The position numbers were made by a program, and so were the translations under genes. This document shows, piece by piece, positions 51,864-64,000 of a stretch of DNA of 64,000 bases (within the stretch, counting starts at the first letter, position 1; the number at the start of each line of letters is the position of its first letter). Below the pieces are notes generated by a model that saw only the letters and a list, made by a program, of their open reading frames with translations, did not search any database and was not told the origin of the DNA. Source of the stretch: Octopus sinensis (Eukaryota); the NCBI RefSeq assembly GCF_006345805.1, contig NC_043004.1, forward strand, positions 15,314,001 to 15,378,000, in the 5' to 3' direction.

Positions 51864-52504
51864 GATGATAATGATGATGATGATGATGATAATAAATGCC
51901 CTGATGGAGTACCAGACAGTGGCTCCCATGGCTTCTGATCATGCCCTGATGCAGTACCTGACAGTGGCTCTCATGGCTTCTGATCTTAACTGATTGGAAA
52001 TGTCATCATGTACGTTGTTTTGTCTTGGTATAAAAGATGGGCTACAGCAAATATTCTGCTCAATACAACGGATTTGCTTGTCAGTTGTTTGACCTTAACC
52101 AGTTGACCATGTCCCTTAGTGGTTGACGATATGTGCATCTCTGATCATGCGAAGAAGTAGCAGGGAGTAGTGTTGAAAGGAATTCTTAAAGGTTTGGAAA
52201 CATGGGTGGTTTATTCAACATCCTTAAACAATCCTTGTTCAAGGACCTTTTGAGCGGGATGGGCTACTCGATCTGAAGAAAATTCAAACTGGCCCCCACC
52301 TGCAAGATCATGCGCTATTTATCTTGATATGAGATCACCATGTCTTGCACATACGGTTGTGATGCATGTGCCTAGTGTACTCTTACCAGACGAGTAGTCA
52401 TGATGGGTATACTGGGCTTCATCTATTTTACCCCAGCGTCACTTTGATGGCATGCACTGTTCTCTCACTCAATAACGATAATAATAATAATAATAATAAT
52501 AATA

Positions 52505-52540
<36 letters not shown>

Positions 52541-52611
52541 TAATAATAATAATAATAAAAATTTTAAAAAATAATAATAATAATATTAATTATAATAATG
52601 ATAATAATAGC

Positions 52612-52667
<56 letters not shown>

Positions 52668-52735
52668 CAACTATAATAATAATAATAATTTATTATTATT
52701 ATTATTATCATCATCATCATTATTGTTATTATTAA
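51750..52735 (+). mobile_element. ~575-bp non-coding element (51894-52470) embedded in (AAT/GAT)n
   Basis: Complex sequence between two long AAT/GAT tracts; ~47-bp tandem duplication at its 5' end; orientation inferred from the tract strand. Confidence 0.6.
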
Positions 52736-53949
52736 CGTTACCATTATCAGATACCCATGCATGTGTATCATGTATATACATATACATATACATATATCTA
52801 GGCAGCTAGGTTGCAAGATAACTACATATAAATATAGTTAGGTAGATGGAGATATACACAAACGTATTTCATATCATATCATATCATATATATATATATA
52901 TATATATTCATATGAAGGCATGCACTTACGTATATATGTATGTATGCCTGCATTTATGTATCGGTATCAATTTCGGCTATTACCTCTGTACCATTTATAG
53001 TCTGAATTGCCACTTATCGCACATGGATTATAACGTGTACATTATGTTCCTCGTTGTACCATCCTCAACTGTGTCTTTAATTCGGATGTGTATTTTCAAT
53101 TACAAGTTCTGAGGAGATCAAAGTGATCTAAACACATTCCTAAACTCCTAAATTATACTTTAAATACAGTATTATTATATTCAACTCTTGTTTCTGCTGC
53201 ATTGAGTGTCTTTCTTAAGTACGTGCATGCCTGTCTCTCGCTAACACTTCTATATTGGAATTCGTGTATACATATATAATTATATATATATATTTAAATA
53301 TACTGGCATATCTATGCTATTTACATGTACCTATTCACTCATGTATGTGTGTGTCTGTGAGTGTAGGTGTTTGTCACGGGAACACGTGTTTGTTTATGTG
53401 TATGTGTATATTTATATATAAATAAAATTCTTTATGCATATAAGTATTTCCTGAAATTACATGTACATGTACGTCCGAGTACACATACACACACACATAC
53501 ACACACGCATACACATCACACACACACACACACACCACACACATACATATATGTATATATATATATACATTTAGTACTTTTCTCACAACATTGCAGGTTC
53601 GTTTCTCTTTTTGTCATCAGTGACTTGATTTTTGATCTTCTATATAAAAGTATTTATCGCCGACATTTGCACCGCTAGATGCTCCTGAACCCAAGAGGAA
53701 TCGATGCTAGATGTGTCGAAACAACTGTGATTTATTATAAATTCTCATATATTCTATCTCCTGTTTTTCATTTGCCACATATATATATATATTCAGGTTA
53801 TGAGAGTAATGGTGTCAAGAAGACCCAAAGGTGTCAGGAAATGCTGAGTAAGTACTATGGACAGATTATAGTTAAACTCCAGGGTGGCTTATTATGCGAA
53901 TGCGGAGTTTAACGAAGGTCATATATTAGTATGCATATAAATAAAAAAA

Positions 53950-54235
53950 AATTAACAGAATGAGATAAAAATCCAAGGCTGTGAAAGATTTCAGACATTT
54001 ATAAAGAGGTCTTATTGCTGTGTCCGTGATATCTTATATATCCCTACTTTGGAGACGTTTCGAGAAATAGGTTAAGTAATAATTATTCTAGAGCGAATAA
54101 CTATTGCTTAACCACTTTTTCGCACCGTCTTCGATGAAGGCATATATAAAATATCCCGGAAACAGCCATAATACCTTCTCTTTATAAATGTCTGAATCTT
54201 TCACAGCCTTGAATTTTTATCTCATTCTGTTAATT
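53950..54235. mobile_element. ~285-bp near-complete palindrome with a decayed HHR in each arm
   Basis: Apex ~54089-54094; outer ~58 bp nearly perfect; right arm gtct tcGATGA agg...ccg GAAAC agcc ata. Confidence 0.75.
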
Positions 54236-54236
54236 A

Positions 54237-54277
<41 letters not shown>

Positions 54278-54319
54278 AAGAGCAATAAAGATTCAAGTTA
54301 ATTTTAAAAAATTTACTTG

Positions 54320-54890
54320 ATATGGTACCTAACTTAGATGCACCAAAAAAAACTATACTGATTAACAATACAGTAATGTGGGGGATTATAAGCGAGAAAG
54401 AAGCAACAAGAATGGATAGGTTTTTAGTACGATCGTTTCATACAAGGACAGGTTTTATTAAAAGTTGCAAAGATTACAGCATTAAACGAGTCCCGTACTC
54501 ATCAGCTAAAATACATGTAAGTTCTCTAGACATCCTAGTGTTTGAGGCTATACTCATGAAGTAATGTAGATAATTAAACAGATTTCTAAGTTCATTAAAG
54601 TTCTTTAAAGATGATGTACAGTCTTATCACAGAATTTAAAAAAGTTTTGATAGCATCACAGAGAAGGTGACCTAATCCATATGAATTTCCATAGATATGA
54701 TAAGGGATTATATACTCACAGAAGACAAATTTATCCATTGTTAATTACAACGAGGTGGGTCTCAATTCCTGCTTATTAGCATTACAGAGAGGTGAATTAA
54801 TCCTTTGTATATGCAACTTTTAATAAAACCTGTCCTTGTATGAAACGATCGTACTAAAAAACCTATCCATTCTTGTTGCTTCTTTCTCGC
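54320..54890 (-). mobile_element. PLE-like terminal region with a 78-bp inverted arm
   Basis: 54392-54469 / 54812-54890 near-perfect inverted repeat; ends at (TA)n 54891-54924. Confidence 0.8.
54422..54511 (-). ncRNA. Type I hammerhead ribozyme; predicted cleavage after GUA (54428)
   Basis: ttttag CTGATGA gtac-gggac...gtcc-tt-gtat GAAAC gatc GTA ctaaaa; 6-bp stem I; G-U at 10.1/11.1. Confidence 0.85.
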
Positions 54891-54924
54891 GTATATATAT
54901 CTATTATATATATATATATATATA

Positions 54925-55511
54925 CTCCATATAAAAGGGTAAAACTAATTAATTATTAATTAATTTTACCAAGTAGTGTTCATCTGTAAAAAGACCATTT
55001 ATGGTATATTTGAAACATTACGTTATAAAAATAGGGTTCAGTAAAATAATTTACTTTACCACATACCGAACTTTTTAAAAATAGCAGCCAAAACAAAAAT
55101 CTTAGCTATTTCTTCTACTGTAAGAAAAATCTCCCAGACAATGCATACTCAAAAATAACTCACACAGGTATAGAGGGAAAAATAATGAAAGATCACACGC
55201 CAATAAGATTACCTGAGGACGGCCCGTTTCTGGATTAGTTGAATATAAAGATCAACATTTCCTTCGTCAGCTCACAGATTTCTTTTGATTTGGATTTGAT
55301 AGCACTAAAAATCGAACATACCCGTCTGATATTAGTAATCCCAGACAAACCATATTCGACTGCCTGTACCAACGTATTCAAAAATACGAATGAGACCTCG
55401 CATTCGTCCCCCTCCGCCCAATAGAAGAAATAGCTAAGATTTTTGGCTGCTATCTCTAAAAAGTTCGGTGTGTGGTAAAGTAAATTATTTTACAGAACCC
55501 ATTTTTATAAC
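54925..55511 (-). mobile_element. PLE-like terminal region with a ~90-95-bp inverted arm
   Basis: 55022-55117 / 55422-55511; (TA)n on both sides; family fragments at 16263 and 62911. Confidence 0.8.
55214..55274 (-). ncRNA. Type I hammerhead motif; predicted cleavage after GUC (55218)
   Basis: tgag CTGACGA a gga..gttga-tctttatat-tcaac..tcc a GAAAC gggcc GTC ctca; an extra A on each side of stem II. Confidence 0.7.
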
Positions 55512-55562
<51 letters not shown>

Positions 55563-55564
55563 CT

Positions 55565-56252
55565 TCAGATAATTGTAGAACAACATAAGCTGGACCGCTC
55601 ATATAAGCAGCAAAATTGACATGGCCTACACAATGTGTTCCTGGATACTCAGAACCTTCCAGTCAAGAGATATCCAGACCATTATGCTTCTCTTCTCCAC
55701 TTTTGCCCGACCCCACCTTGAATACTATTGTCCACTCTTGTCTCCCCACGGGAAACAAAGAGAAATTTGAAGCATTCCAAAGATCAATTTCAAAAAAGAT
55801 AGATGACACGACTGGCTTTGCCTATTGGAGACGACTAGAAAAGCTCAAGTTCTATTCTCTCCAGCGCCGCCATGTGCGCTACATCATCTGCTTGATGTGG
55901 AAAATATTCCATCAGCATTGCCCAAATGATATTCGCATCACCTTTCAGATACATCCAAGACTTAGGCCCCGTGCTATCCGCCCACGACATAAATCATGCT
56001 CACATAACGTAACAATACAGCACAATTATTTAACCTCAATTGGTCCGGCTCACTTTAACATTCCACCAAAACACATTAAAGCAGAAACAGACCCCATAAA
56101 GTTCAAGAAGATAAACCTCCTACAGCCAAAACGTCTCTGTAAACAATAACTCCCTACACGGGTGGGCCATGTATTCTGATTGCTGATTTGAATGACTTCG
56201 CCAGGTAGTGCTATCAAGTTAGATATGGTCTAGGCCAATACTGGCCAAAACC
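55565..56252 (+). mobile_element. 5'-truncated CR1-group LINE, RT C-terminal region and 3' end
   Basis: MCSWILRTFQSRDIQTIMLLFSTFARPHLEYYCPL / FQRSISKKI...YWRRLEKLKFYSLQRRHVRYII; flanked by (TA)n. Confidence 0.88.
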
Positions 56253-56710
56253 TATATATATATATAAACATATATATGTACGTATGTATGTATATATGTA
56301 TAAGCATGTATGCATGTATCAATATAAATAACTCGACGATTTCCCAACGACATATTTATGTACCATATTCGTAATTCATTTACTATTTAGGTTCCTTTAG
56401 AAGGAAAGTAGATATTCTGATTGAGTAGAGGGTTCATTATAGCACTGCATTGTGGTATACCTTGATACCCGAAAACAAGATGAAATTTCGTTAATTTCGT
56501 TATAGATAAGAAACCGCGTTGTACTCACGCGGTTAAGCTCGGTATACAATACTATAACGTAATTCAACAAAGGATAATGAATACTAACTTCCATATGTAT
56601 GAATTGTCTCATATGAAGTTTGTATAGACATGCATATGCACATATATATACATACTTATATACATGTATATCTGCGTGTATACACACACATACACACACA
56701 CATATATATG

Positions 56711-56917
56711 TGACCGCGTGTGTACCGTTGGCGATTTTTTTCCCTCCGACTTCCCTTCTCTGGGTCTTTCCTTTTCCTATGTTTCTGACGAAGAGCTCCG
56801 CTCGAAACGTAAGCCCTCCTTCTCTCCTTCTTTCCTGAGCGTCCAATAATACTATATTTGTTCCACGTCCTCGCGTTGTTGTTTTTTTTTTGTGCTCTCA
56901 TGTTTTGATTAACTATA
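56711..56917 (+). mobile_element. Second 207-bp HHR element (motif 56781-56814)
   Basis: gttt CTGACGA a gagc-tcc-gctc GAA ACGT A agcc; homologous to 27980-28186. Confidence 0.85.
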
Positions 56918-57188
56918 TATATACATATGAAGGACAAACAGAAGAAGTGAGAAAGAGGGAAACAGAGAGATAGAATGTGTGGGTGAGAGAGAGAGAGAGA
57001 GAAGAACATGTAACATGTACCGACGATTGTGCAGCCCACTCCGATATATGCATGTCTATATACACTTCAGAATATATATCATATATGCTACATATATATA
57101 TATATATGTTATAGCAAGTACTCTTGGACTTTCAGACACACACACACACACACACACATGCATATAAATGTATATATATGTATATATA

Positions 57189-57232
<44 letters not shown>

Positions 57233-57241
57233 TTCAGAAAG

Positions 57242-57495
57242 TAACCGCACGTGGAGTGTTTGGTGATTTTTCCCCTACTTCCTTCTTTCCCTTTAGACTT
57301 TTCTGTTTTTTTCCCTGTTTCCAACAAGAGCTATGCTCGAAACCTAAAACACGAACTCTCTCTCTTCCTCTAAGCGTCATATAAAACATTGCCAGAGCTA
57401 TGTCCACACGTTTGTTTTGTTTTTTTCTCTTTTTTTTTTTGTTTTTAGCTCTGTTTTCAGGTCAATATACATATGCTTCAGCTTTTAACTATATA
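57242..57495 (+). mobile_element. Older relative of the 207-bp element, HHR core decayed (57317-57350)
   Basis: gttt ccaacaa gagc-tat-gctc GAAAC ct aaaac; same overall layout and ttaactata end. Confidence 0.65.
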
Positions 57496-57705
57496 AGCTC
57501 TGCTTTTGACTATATAATATATATATATTATATATATATATATATCTATATATATAGAGAGAGAGAGAGAAGAGAGGATAGATATATAGATAGATAGCTA
57601 CATACACATACATACATACATACATACATACATAAATACATACATACATACATACATACATTAATACATACATACATACATACATACATATTTACAGGTG
57701 TACTC

Positions 57706-57890
57706 TAATACTTGTTCCAGTTATTTGACTGTAGCCATGCTGGAGCACTGGTTCGAAGAATTTTTAGTCGGTGGTATCCATCCCAATATTTATCTTTCAA
57801 AGCGTGGTATTTATTCTATACGTCCGTCTTGCCAAACTGTTAAGTTACGGTAAACACACCAAAATCGGTTGTGATGCGTTTGTTGGAGGC
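57706..57890 (-). mobile_element. SINE family B tail, variant
   Basis: cttgttccagttatttgactgtagccatgctggagcac...taagttacggtaaacacacc. Confidence 0.75.
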
Positions 57891-58913
57891 ATACCATGCG
57901 TATATATTTATATACATATATCTATTTATGTATTTATATGTATATATATATATATATATATGTGTGTGTGGTGTGTGTGTGTGTGTGTGTGTGTGTATGC
58001 ATATATATTTATGTATATATATGTATACACACACACACACAAGCACACATGCATGAATACATACATATGTGTGTGTGTTCGCGTGCATGTGTATGCGTGT
58101 GTTTTTAGATATGAAATTTTCCTTCGCAACACATGTTCCATGTTCGATTCTATGAGATTATCTAGTCTGTGTATGTCCATGTGTGTGTGCGTGTGTGTGC
58201 GTGTGCACAAGTTTGTGTGTTTGTGTGTGCAAGTCCGTGTATTTATCTGTGGCTGAACAAAATGTGAAGTGCATTCATTGTTTTTTGTACGATAGTATCC
58301 CAGACAAAGAGACGTTTAGGAATTCGATAAAATAGTTGCTGATAAAAGAAATTATATATATATAAGTATATATTTATGTAACAGCAATAAATGTTGGAGT
58401 GAGGCCTGAAGTATTGTCCCACCATGGACGCAGCATTTTGGCAGAAACCAGTACCTATATACATACAAATATCCAAACACACACACACACAAACATATGC
58501 ACACATATATAGACACGGATATGCATATACACATTTATGTGTGTGTGTGTACATATATATATATGTCTATATATACATACATATATATAATTAATATATT
58601 AATCTATGCATATATACATACATATATGTACATACCTACATCTATCTATATGTATATATTCATGCATATATGGGTACAGGACATCAAAAGAACGTTGAAC
58701 CCAATGAGAAAGGAAAAGATAAAAGCAAAAACATACAAACGAACTTTTTTGTCGAACAACGAAACAAAACAACCACAGGAAACGAGACATACAACATAAA
58801 GAATATTCCCCTTCTTCAGTTAGCCTGTTTCATCTACTCCACTTTCGAAGGCAATATATATATATATATATTATATATATATATAATATATATATATATA
58901 ATATATATATATA

Positions 58914-58968
<55 letters not shown>

Positions 58969-59199
58969 GCATTGTTGAAGTAGTGAAGTTTGTATATGAT
59001 TGAAAAGAACTTCATGAACAAACGACTTGAAGAATGTTATTGTGGGTGCCGACTATCAACAGTGACTGTCGATTGACTATGAGAGAAATTATGATTTTTA
59101 GTTATAACGGCAGTGGCGAAGCGTGGTCTTTGTATATATGAGAGTGTGAGTTGTTGATAGGGTAGTAATGATGTATACATAGTAACGCTGGTTGACCAT

Positions 59200-59920
59200 C
59201 GAAGGACAGATATTGGTTTGAGATAGTAAGATGTAGAGAAAGAAAGAACAGCTGAATGAAAGAACAAACGATTGGCTGAATGAGTAAAAGAACAGAATTA
59301 TGGAATTGAGCAAACGTTGAGCAGCTATGAAGAGCGAGTAAAAAAAAGATGGGAAGATACTGATAGAAAACAGAAATAGTAAGAAAGAAACGGATGAATA
59401 GAGAACGATATTAAGTGAATGGGGCTTGAATGTGGGTTTTTGTTGAAGTGATAGAGGAATAGGGGAGAGAGAAAAGAAGAAAGACAGAACAGAAAGGGAA
59501 AGAGAAAAACCGGGAGATCCATACATAGTATAAACAGAGAGAAAAAATGCCAATGCATTGAATGATCGCGTAAAATGTAAATATATAAAGAGACTGAGGG
59601 GAGTAGAGTGGTGTAAAAGAAATGTAGAGACACAAGGAGGGAGAGGGTGAGAGAGACAGAGAGAGACAGAGAGAAAGAGAGAAGAAGGAGCGAGAAAAAA
59701 ATGAGTGAAGAGTAGAGGTAGCCAGAGGAGAATTGTTCGAAGGAAGAAGTAAAACAGAAAAGAAAGAATAGGAGAAGATAAAGATTGAAATTGAATGGAA
59801 AGACTGATAACATAAGAAGGAAAAAAAAAAACAATAACGGAAACAGCAACAACAACAACAACAACATCCACAGTAGTAACAATAATAACAGCGAAGAAAA
59901 GAAGGGAATAAGTGAGAGAG

Positions 59921-59958
<38 letters not shown>

Positions 59959-59975
59959 AGAGAAGTAGGGGCTGT
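59200..59975. repeat. GA-rich low-complexity tract with (AAC)n and (GA)n
   Basis: Strong purine bias; explains the long F/L/S ORFs. Confidence 0.85.
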
Positions 59976-60222
59976 AACATCATTCAGCAACCACGACAAC
60001 TAATATTACAACTACAGCTACTACGGTTGGGATTAAAGCGCGACGAGCAAGCACCACACAAGCCATGGAGGGAAACAATTAGACAAATGTTAATAAATGA
60101 AAGTGGAAATAAAATGGTAGAAGAACAATAAAAAATCAACAACAAAATAACAAACAAAAATAATCATTTCTACATTGTATGTGTTTTGCACACACACACA
60201 TATATATTCAAACCTATATACT

Positions 60223-60266
<44 letters not shown>

Positions 60267-60409
60267 CATTTATTTTTCTGTTTGTCTTTTTTGCTTGTGT
60301 GTGAGCGTCTACGTGTATATATATATATATATATATATATATGCATGTATGTATATTTGTGTATGTATATGTACAGATCCTCAATAACAATACCAACGGT
60401 TCCCTTTTC

Positions 60410-60720
60410 ATCATCAACATCATCATCATCCTCATCATCATCAGCATCATCATCATCATCATCATCATCATCACGATCGCCCTCATCATCGGCTACAACT
60501 TCCTCCTCCTCGTCATAATCAACACCAACATTACTATCTCCACCAACACCACCATCACCACTACCACAATCAACATCATCATCAGCATCGTCGTCGTCAT
60601 CGTCATTATCATCATCATGATCATCATCATCATCATCAACATCATGAACGTCCTCATCACCATCATCGTCATCATCATCATCGTTGTCGTCATCATCATC
60701 ATCATCATCGTCATAATCTC
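60410..60720. repeat. (CAT)n/(CGT)n/(CAC)n compound microsatellite
   Basis: Direct inspection. Confidence 0.93.
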
Positions 60721-61050
60721 TACTATTACACTTTACCATCTGAGCTTGATCATCTTCGACAAACTATCGATACAGCGCTCACATATTTCCAATACAGATG
60801 TATACATTGTTATGTAGGGAACATTTTATATACATAATTGCTTATATATCAACACAAACACGCGCACAATATCGTCGAGGCTTCCATACGCATACACGTA
60901 TGACCACACTGACTTACATGTTTATTTCTATACAGTTCAATACACATGTACCTATACATAGATATATCCATTTTTCTCATCGATGCATATGTTCATCGAT
61001 GTATACACGTATAAATGTGACATAGTATATAATACGTATACGAATATATG

Positions 61051-61112
<62 letters not shown>

Positions 61113-61180
61113 TATAATATATATATTATATATATTAATATATATATATATAATATAATATAATATAATATCTACATATA

Positions 61181-61386
61181 TATAGATAGATAGACAGACA
61201 GATAGATAGATAATAGATAGTCTATAGATAGATAGATAGATAGATAGTAGATAGATAGACAGAGAGATAGATAGACAGACAGACAGATAGACAGAGATAT
61301 AGACTGATAGATGTATAGAGACACATAGACAGTCAGACAGACAAACAGGTAGATATATGGATGGACAGACAGACAGACAGACAGAC

Positions 61387-61451
<65 letters not shown>

Positions 61452-61452
61452 T

Positions 61453-61485
<33 letters not shown>

Positions 61486-61793
61486 GAGAGAGATAGAGAG
61501 ATAGATAGATAGATAGATAAGCTTCGTTATTAGCAACACAGAGTCGAACACAGAGGGTACGAAATACAATGCAGAGCTTTTCTTTTCGAAAATAGAAAAA
61601 ACGGAGCAAAATAAGATCCCGGTCAAAAGGGGTCGTGAGAAGAAAGAAAAAAAATGATTAAAAGGGGTCGTGTATCAGATGCACGGACGGACAGACAGAC
61701 GGACGGAGAGAAAGACACATAGATAATCAGACAGAAAGATACACAGACAAACAATCAGATAATCCGACAGCCAGCCAGACGGACAGACGGATC

Positions 61794-61869
<76 letters not shown>

Positions 61870-61974
61870 CAGACTGTCATACAGGGGGGACATATAGACA
61901 GACAGACAGATAGATAGATAAATAGATAGATAGATATATATATATAGATAGATAGATAAATAAATAGATAGATG

Positions 61975-62048
<74 letters not shown>

Positions 62049-62055
62049 CAGACAA
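61181..62055. repeat. (GATA)n/(GACA)n array interrupted by ~160 bp of complex sequence (61520-61680)
   Basis: Direct inspection. Confidence 0.95.
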
Positions 62056-62499
62056 ACTAACACACGCATAGATATGTGTATGAGTCTATCAACAATCACA
62101 CACATGTTACTTTTTTTGCGAGGACGCTTGTGTGTGCATGTGTCTCTGTTTCAGTGTGAGGGAGTGTGTGTGCGACTTCATGTGTTTGTGTGTACGCGCG
62201 TTTCTCTGTATGTGTCAGCGCACGCGCATATGTGTGTGTGCTTAGTGTTTATTTTATGTACCTCTGTGTGTGTCCGTGCATAGAAATGCGTCAGGATTTT
62301 ATAAAACTTCATTATTCTGTTTCTGGGATACTTGTTACTAAACATGTGACAGAATTGCTTCAATATTATATTGGATATTAGCAGTTAAAAACATATGTAA
62401 GGCATGCGTTATACGTAAGCAGTTATACACTTTTAACACAAAAGATATTGATATAGCATTGACATATATAATACACATACGCGCGCGCATATACATATG

Positions 62500-62532
62500 T
62501 ACACACATACAGTTATACATACATGCTTATAT

Positions 62533-62580
<48 letters not shown>

Positions 62581-62815
62581 ATATATATGCATATATGTAT
62601 GTATAAAATATACACGTTGATGTGTGTATTAATATATGTTTATATATGTATGTATGCACATGTATATATATACACATATATATAAACGCAAACATATATA
62701 TATGTGTGTATATATACATATATATGTATATATATGTATGTATGTATATTATATTATCTCACACACATACACACAATATATGTGCGTGGGTTTACATACA
62801 CACACACACCATATA

Positions 62816-62872
<57 letters not shown>

Positions 62873-62957
62873 TATAATATAATAATATATATTATATATA
62901 TATATATTTATATAATTAGGGTTCAGCAAAAAAAATTGCTTACCACACACGGAACTT

Positions 62958-62997
<40 letters not shown>

Positions 62998-63069
62998 CGT
63001 GTGTGGTGTGGATATATATATGTGTTTATATATATATATATATATATACGTGTGTGTGTGGATATATGT

Positions 63070-63122
<53 letters not shown>

Positions 63123-63123
63123 C

Positions 63124-63154
<31 letters not shown>

Positions 63155-63210
63155 CATAATATATTATATATATTATATATATTATATATATATATAAACA
63201 CATATATATC
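62500..63210. repeat. (TA)/(TG) compound tract containing a 50-bp fragment (62911-62960) of the 54925-55511 family
   Basis: tataattagggttcagcaaaa...ttgcttaccacacacggaacttt. Confidence 0.9.
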
Positions 63211-63559
63211 TATGCATGGAAGAAGCCTGAAGAGAGCCAAAACATCGTAGAAAACTGTGGGAGGAACATAATAACAGAGTGAAAGAGAGGTGAGTAAAAA
63301 AAAGAACGAGAGAGGTGAATGAAATTTGAATGAGAGGGAGAAAGAAAGAGAGAGAGAGATAGGTGAAAAATGTGCTTACCAAGTGTGTGTTGTATATTCC
63401 TTAAAGTGATGTAGAGCAAAAGGACCAACGTGAATTTGGACGTCATGATGCGACGTCGAGTTAGTAAAGCAAGCATGGGAACATACGTAATGAAGGTATC
63501 CTTGTTTTAGCTGCTGCCTTTAGCTTATATGTCACTTTGCCCTGTGTAAAAACCTTTTG

Positions 63560-64000
63560 CTGTCACCGCCACCAACGCCGCCTCCACCAACCACCACCAT
63601 CAGAACATCCTCCGTCGCAACTATAGTACCAATACCGATACTAACTATTTATTCATTCCAGCCTCCGTCTCCGTCTCCGTCAACGGCACCGCCGCCGCCG
63701 CCAACCTTCGATGACACCACCACCACCACCCAGCACCGACGCAAACAAGAGAAGATGATGACTACAACACGACCGCTAACCAAGAGGCAGGCCCCCCAAA
63801 CACACGCACATGCACACTAGCATAAACACACACTCACACACACACGCACACACACACACACATACAATTTCGCACGCACGCACGCGCGCACACACAAACA
63901 CAGACACAGACACACGCACACACGCACTCACACACGCACACAAGCACGCACGCACGCACGCACTCACTCACGCAACACAATCGCTTGCACGCGCACACAG
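63560..64000. repeat. (CCA)-rich, then (CA)/(CACG) low-complexity tail
   Basis: Direct inspection. Confidence 0.9.

Noticed and set aside
58770-58855. CTGAAGAAG on the minus strand near (TA)n
   Set aside because: No correctly placed GAAA or stem II
59098-59999. Longest ORFs (257, 224, 190 aa, minus strand)
   Set aside because: Overlapping frames over a GA-rich low-complexity tract; composition, not coding signal
60170-60817. Poly-Asp / poly-Ile ORFs
   Set aside because: Translations of (CAT)n microsatellite
61520-61680. Insert in the GATA array with aaaggggtcgtg twice (hAT-MITE-like)
   Set aside because: No TIR pair or TSD identifiable
63216-63250. cCTGAAGAgagccaaaacatcgta
   Set aside because: GAAA absent and stem I unpaired; at most a relic

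Overview
AT-rich, microsatellite-saturated animal genomic DNA. The SINE families and repeat density suggest an octopus/coleoid cephalopod (inference). I cannot support any host protein-coding exon, tRNA, rRNA or CRISPR feature; nearly all ORFs in the track are translations of microsatellites. Recognisable content: (1) about 20 tRNA-derived SINE copies from about 4 head/core families with swapped 3' tails; (2) decayed LINEs: one RTE fragment, one CR1-group fragment and four R4/Dong-like (restriction-like endonuclease, RLE) fragments, three ending at microsatellites; (3) the main signal, more than a dozen type I hammerhead ribozyme (HHR) motifs, intact or decayed. These motifs have a very short, usually palindromic helix III and lie in short non-coding elements that mostly abut (TA)n tracts and are often arranged as fold-backs, an architecture matching Penelope-like element (PLE) terminal repeats and retrozymes. 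Best cases: a ~535-bp non-coding tandem unit folded back on itself (35595-37035) whose sense arm starts 5-6 nt after the predicted self-cleavage site, and a tRNA-headed SINE-like unit with an HHR-bearing tail and a PLE-style 5' inverted arm (39006-39415). All folds and translations were done by eye; coordinates are approximate to a few bp.
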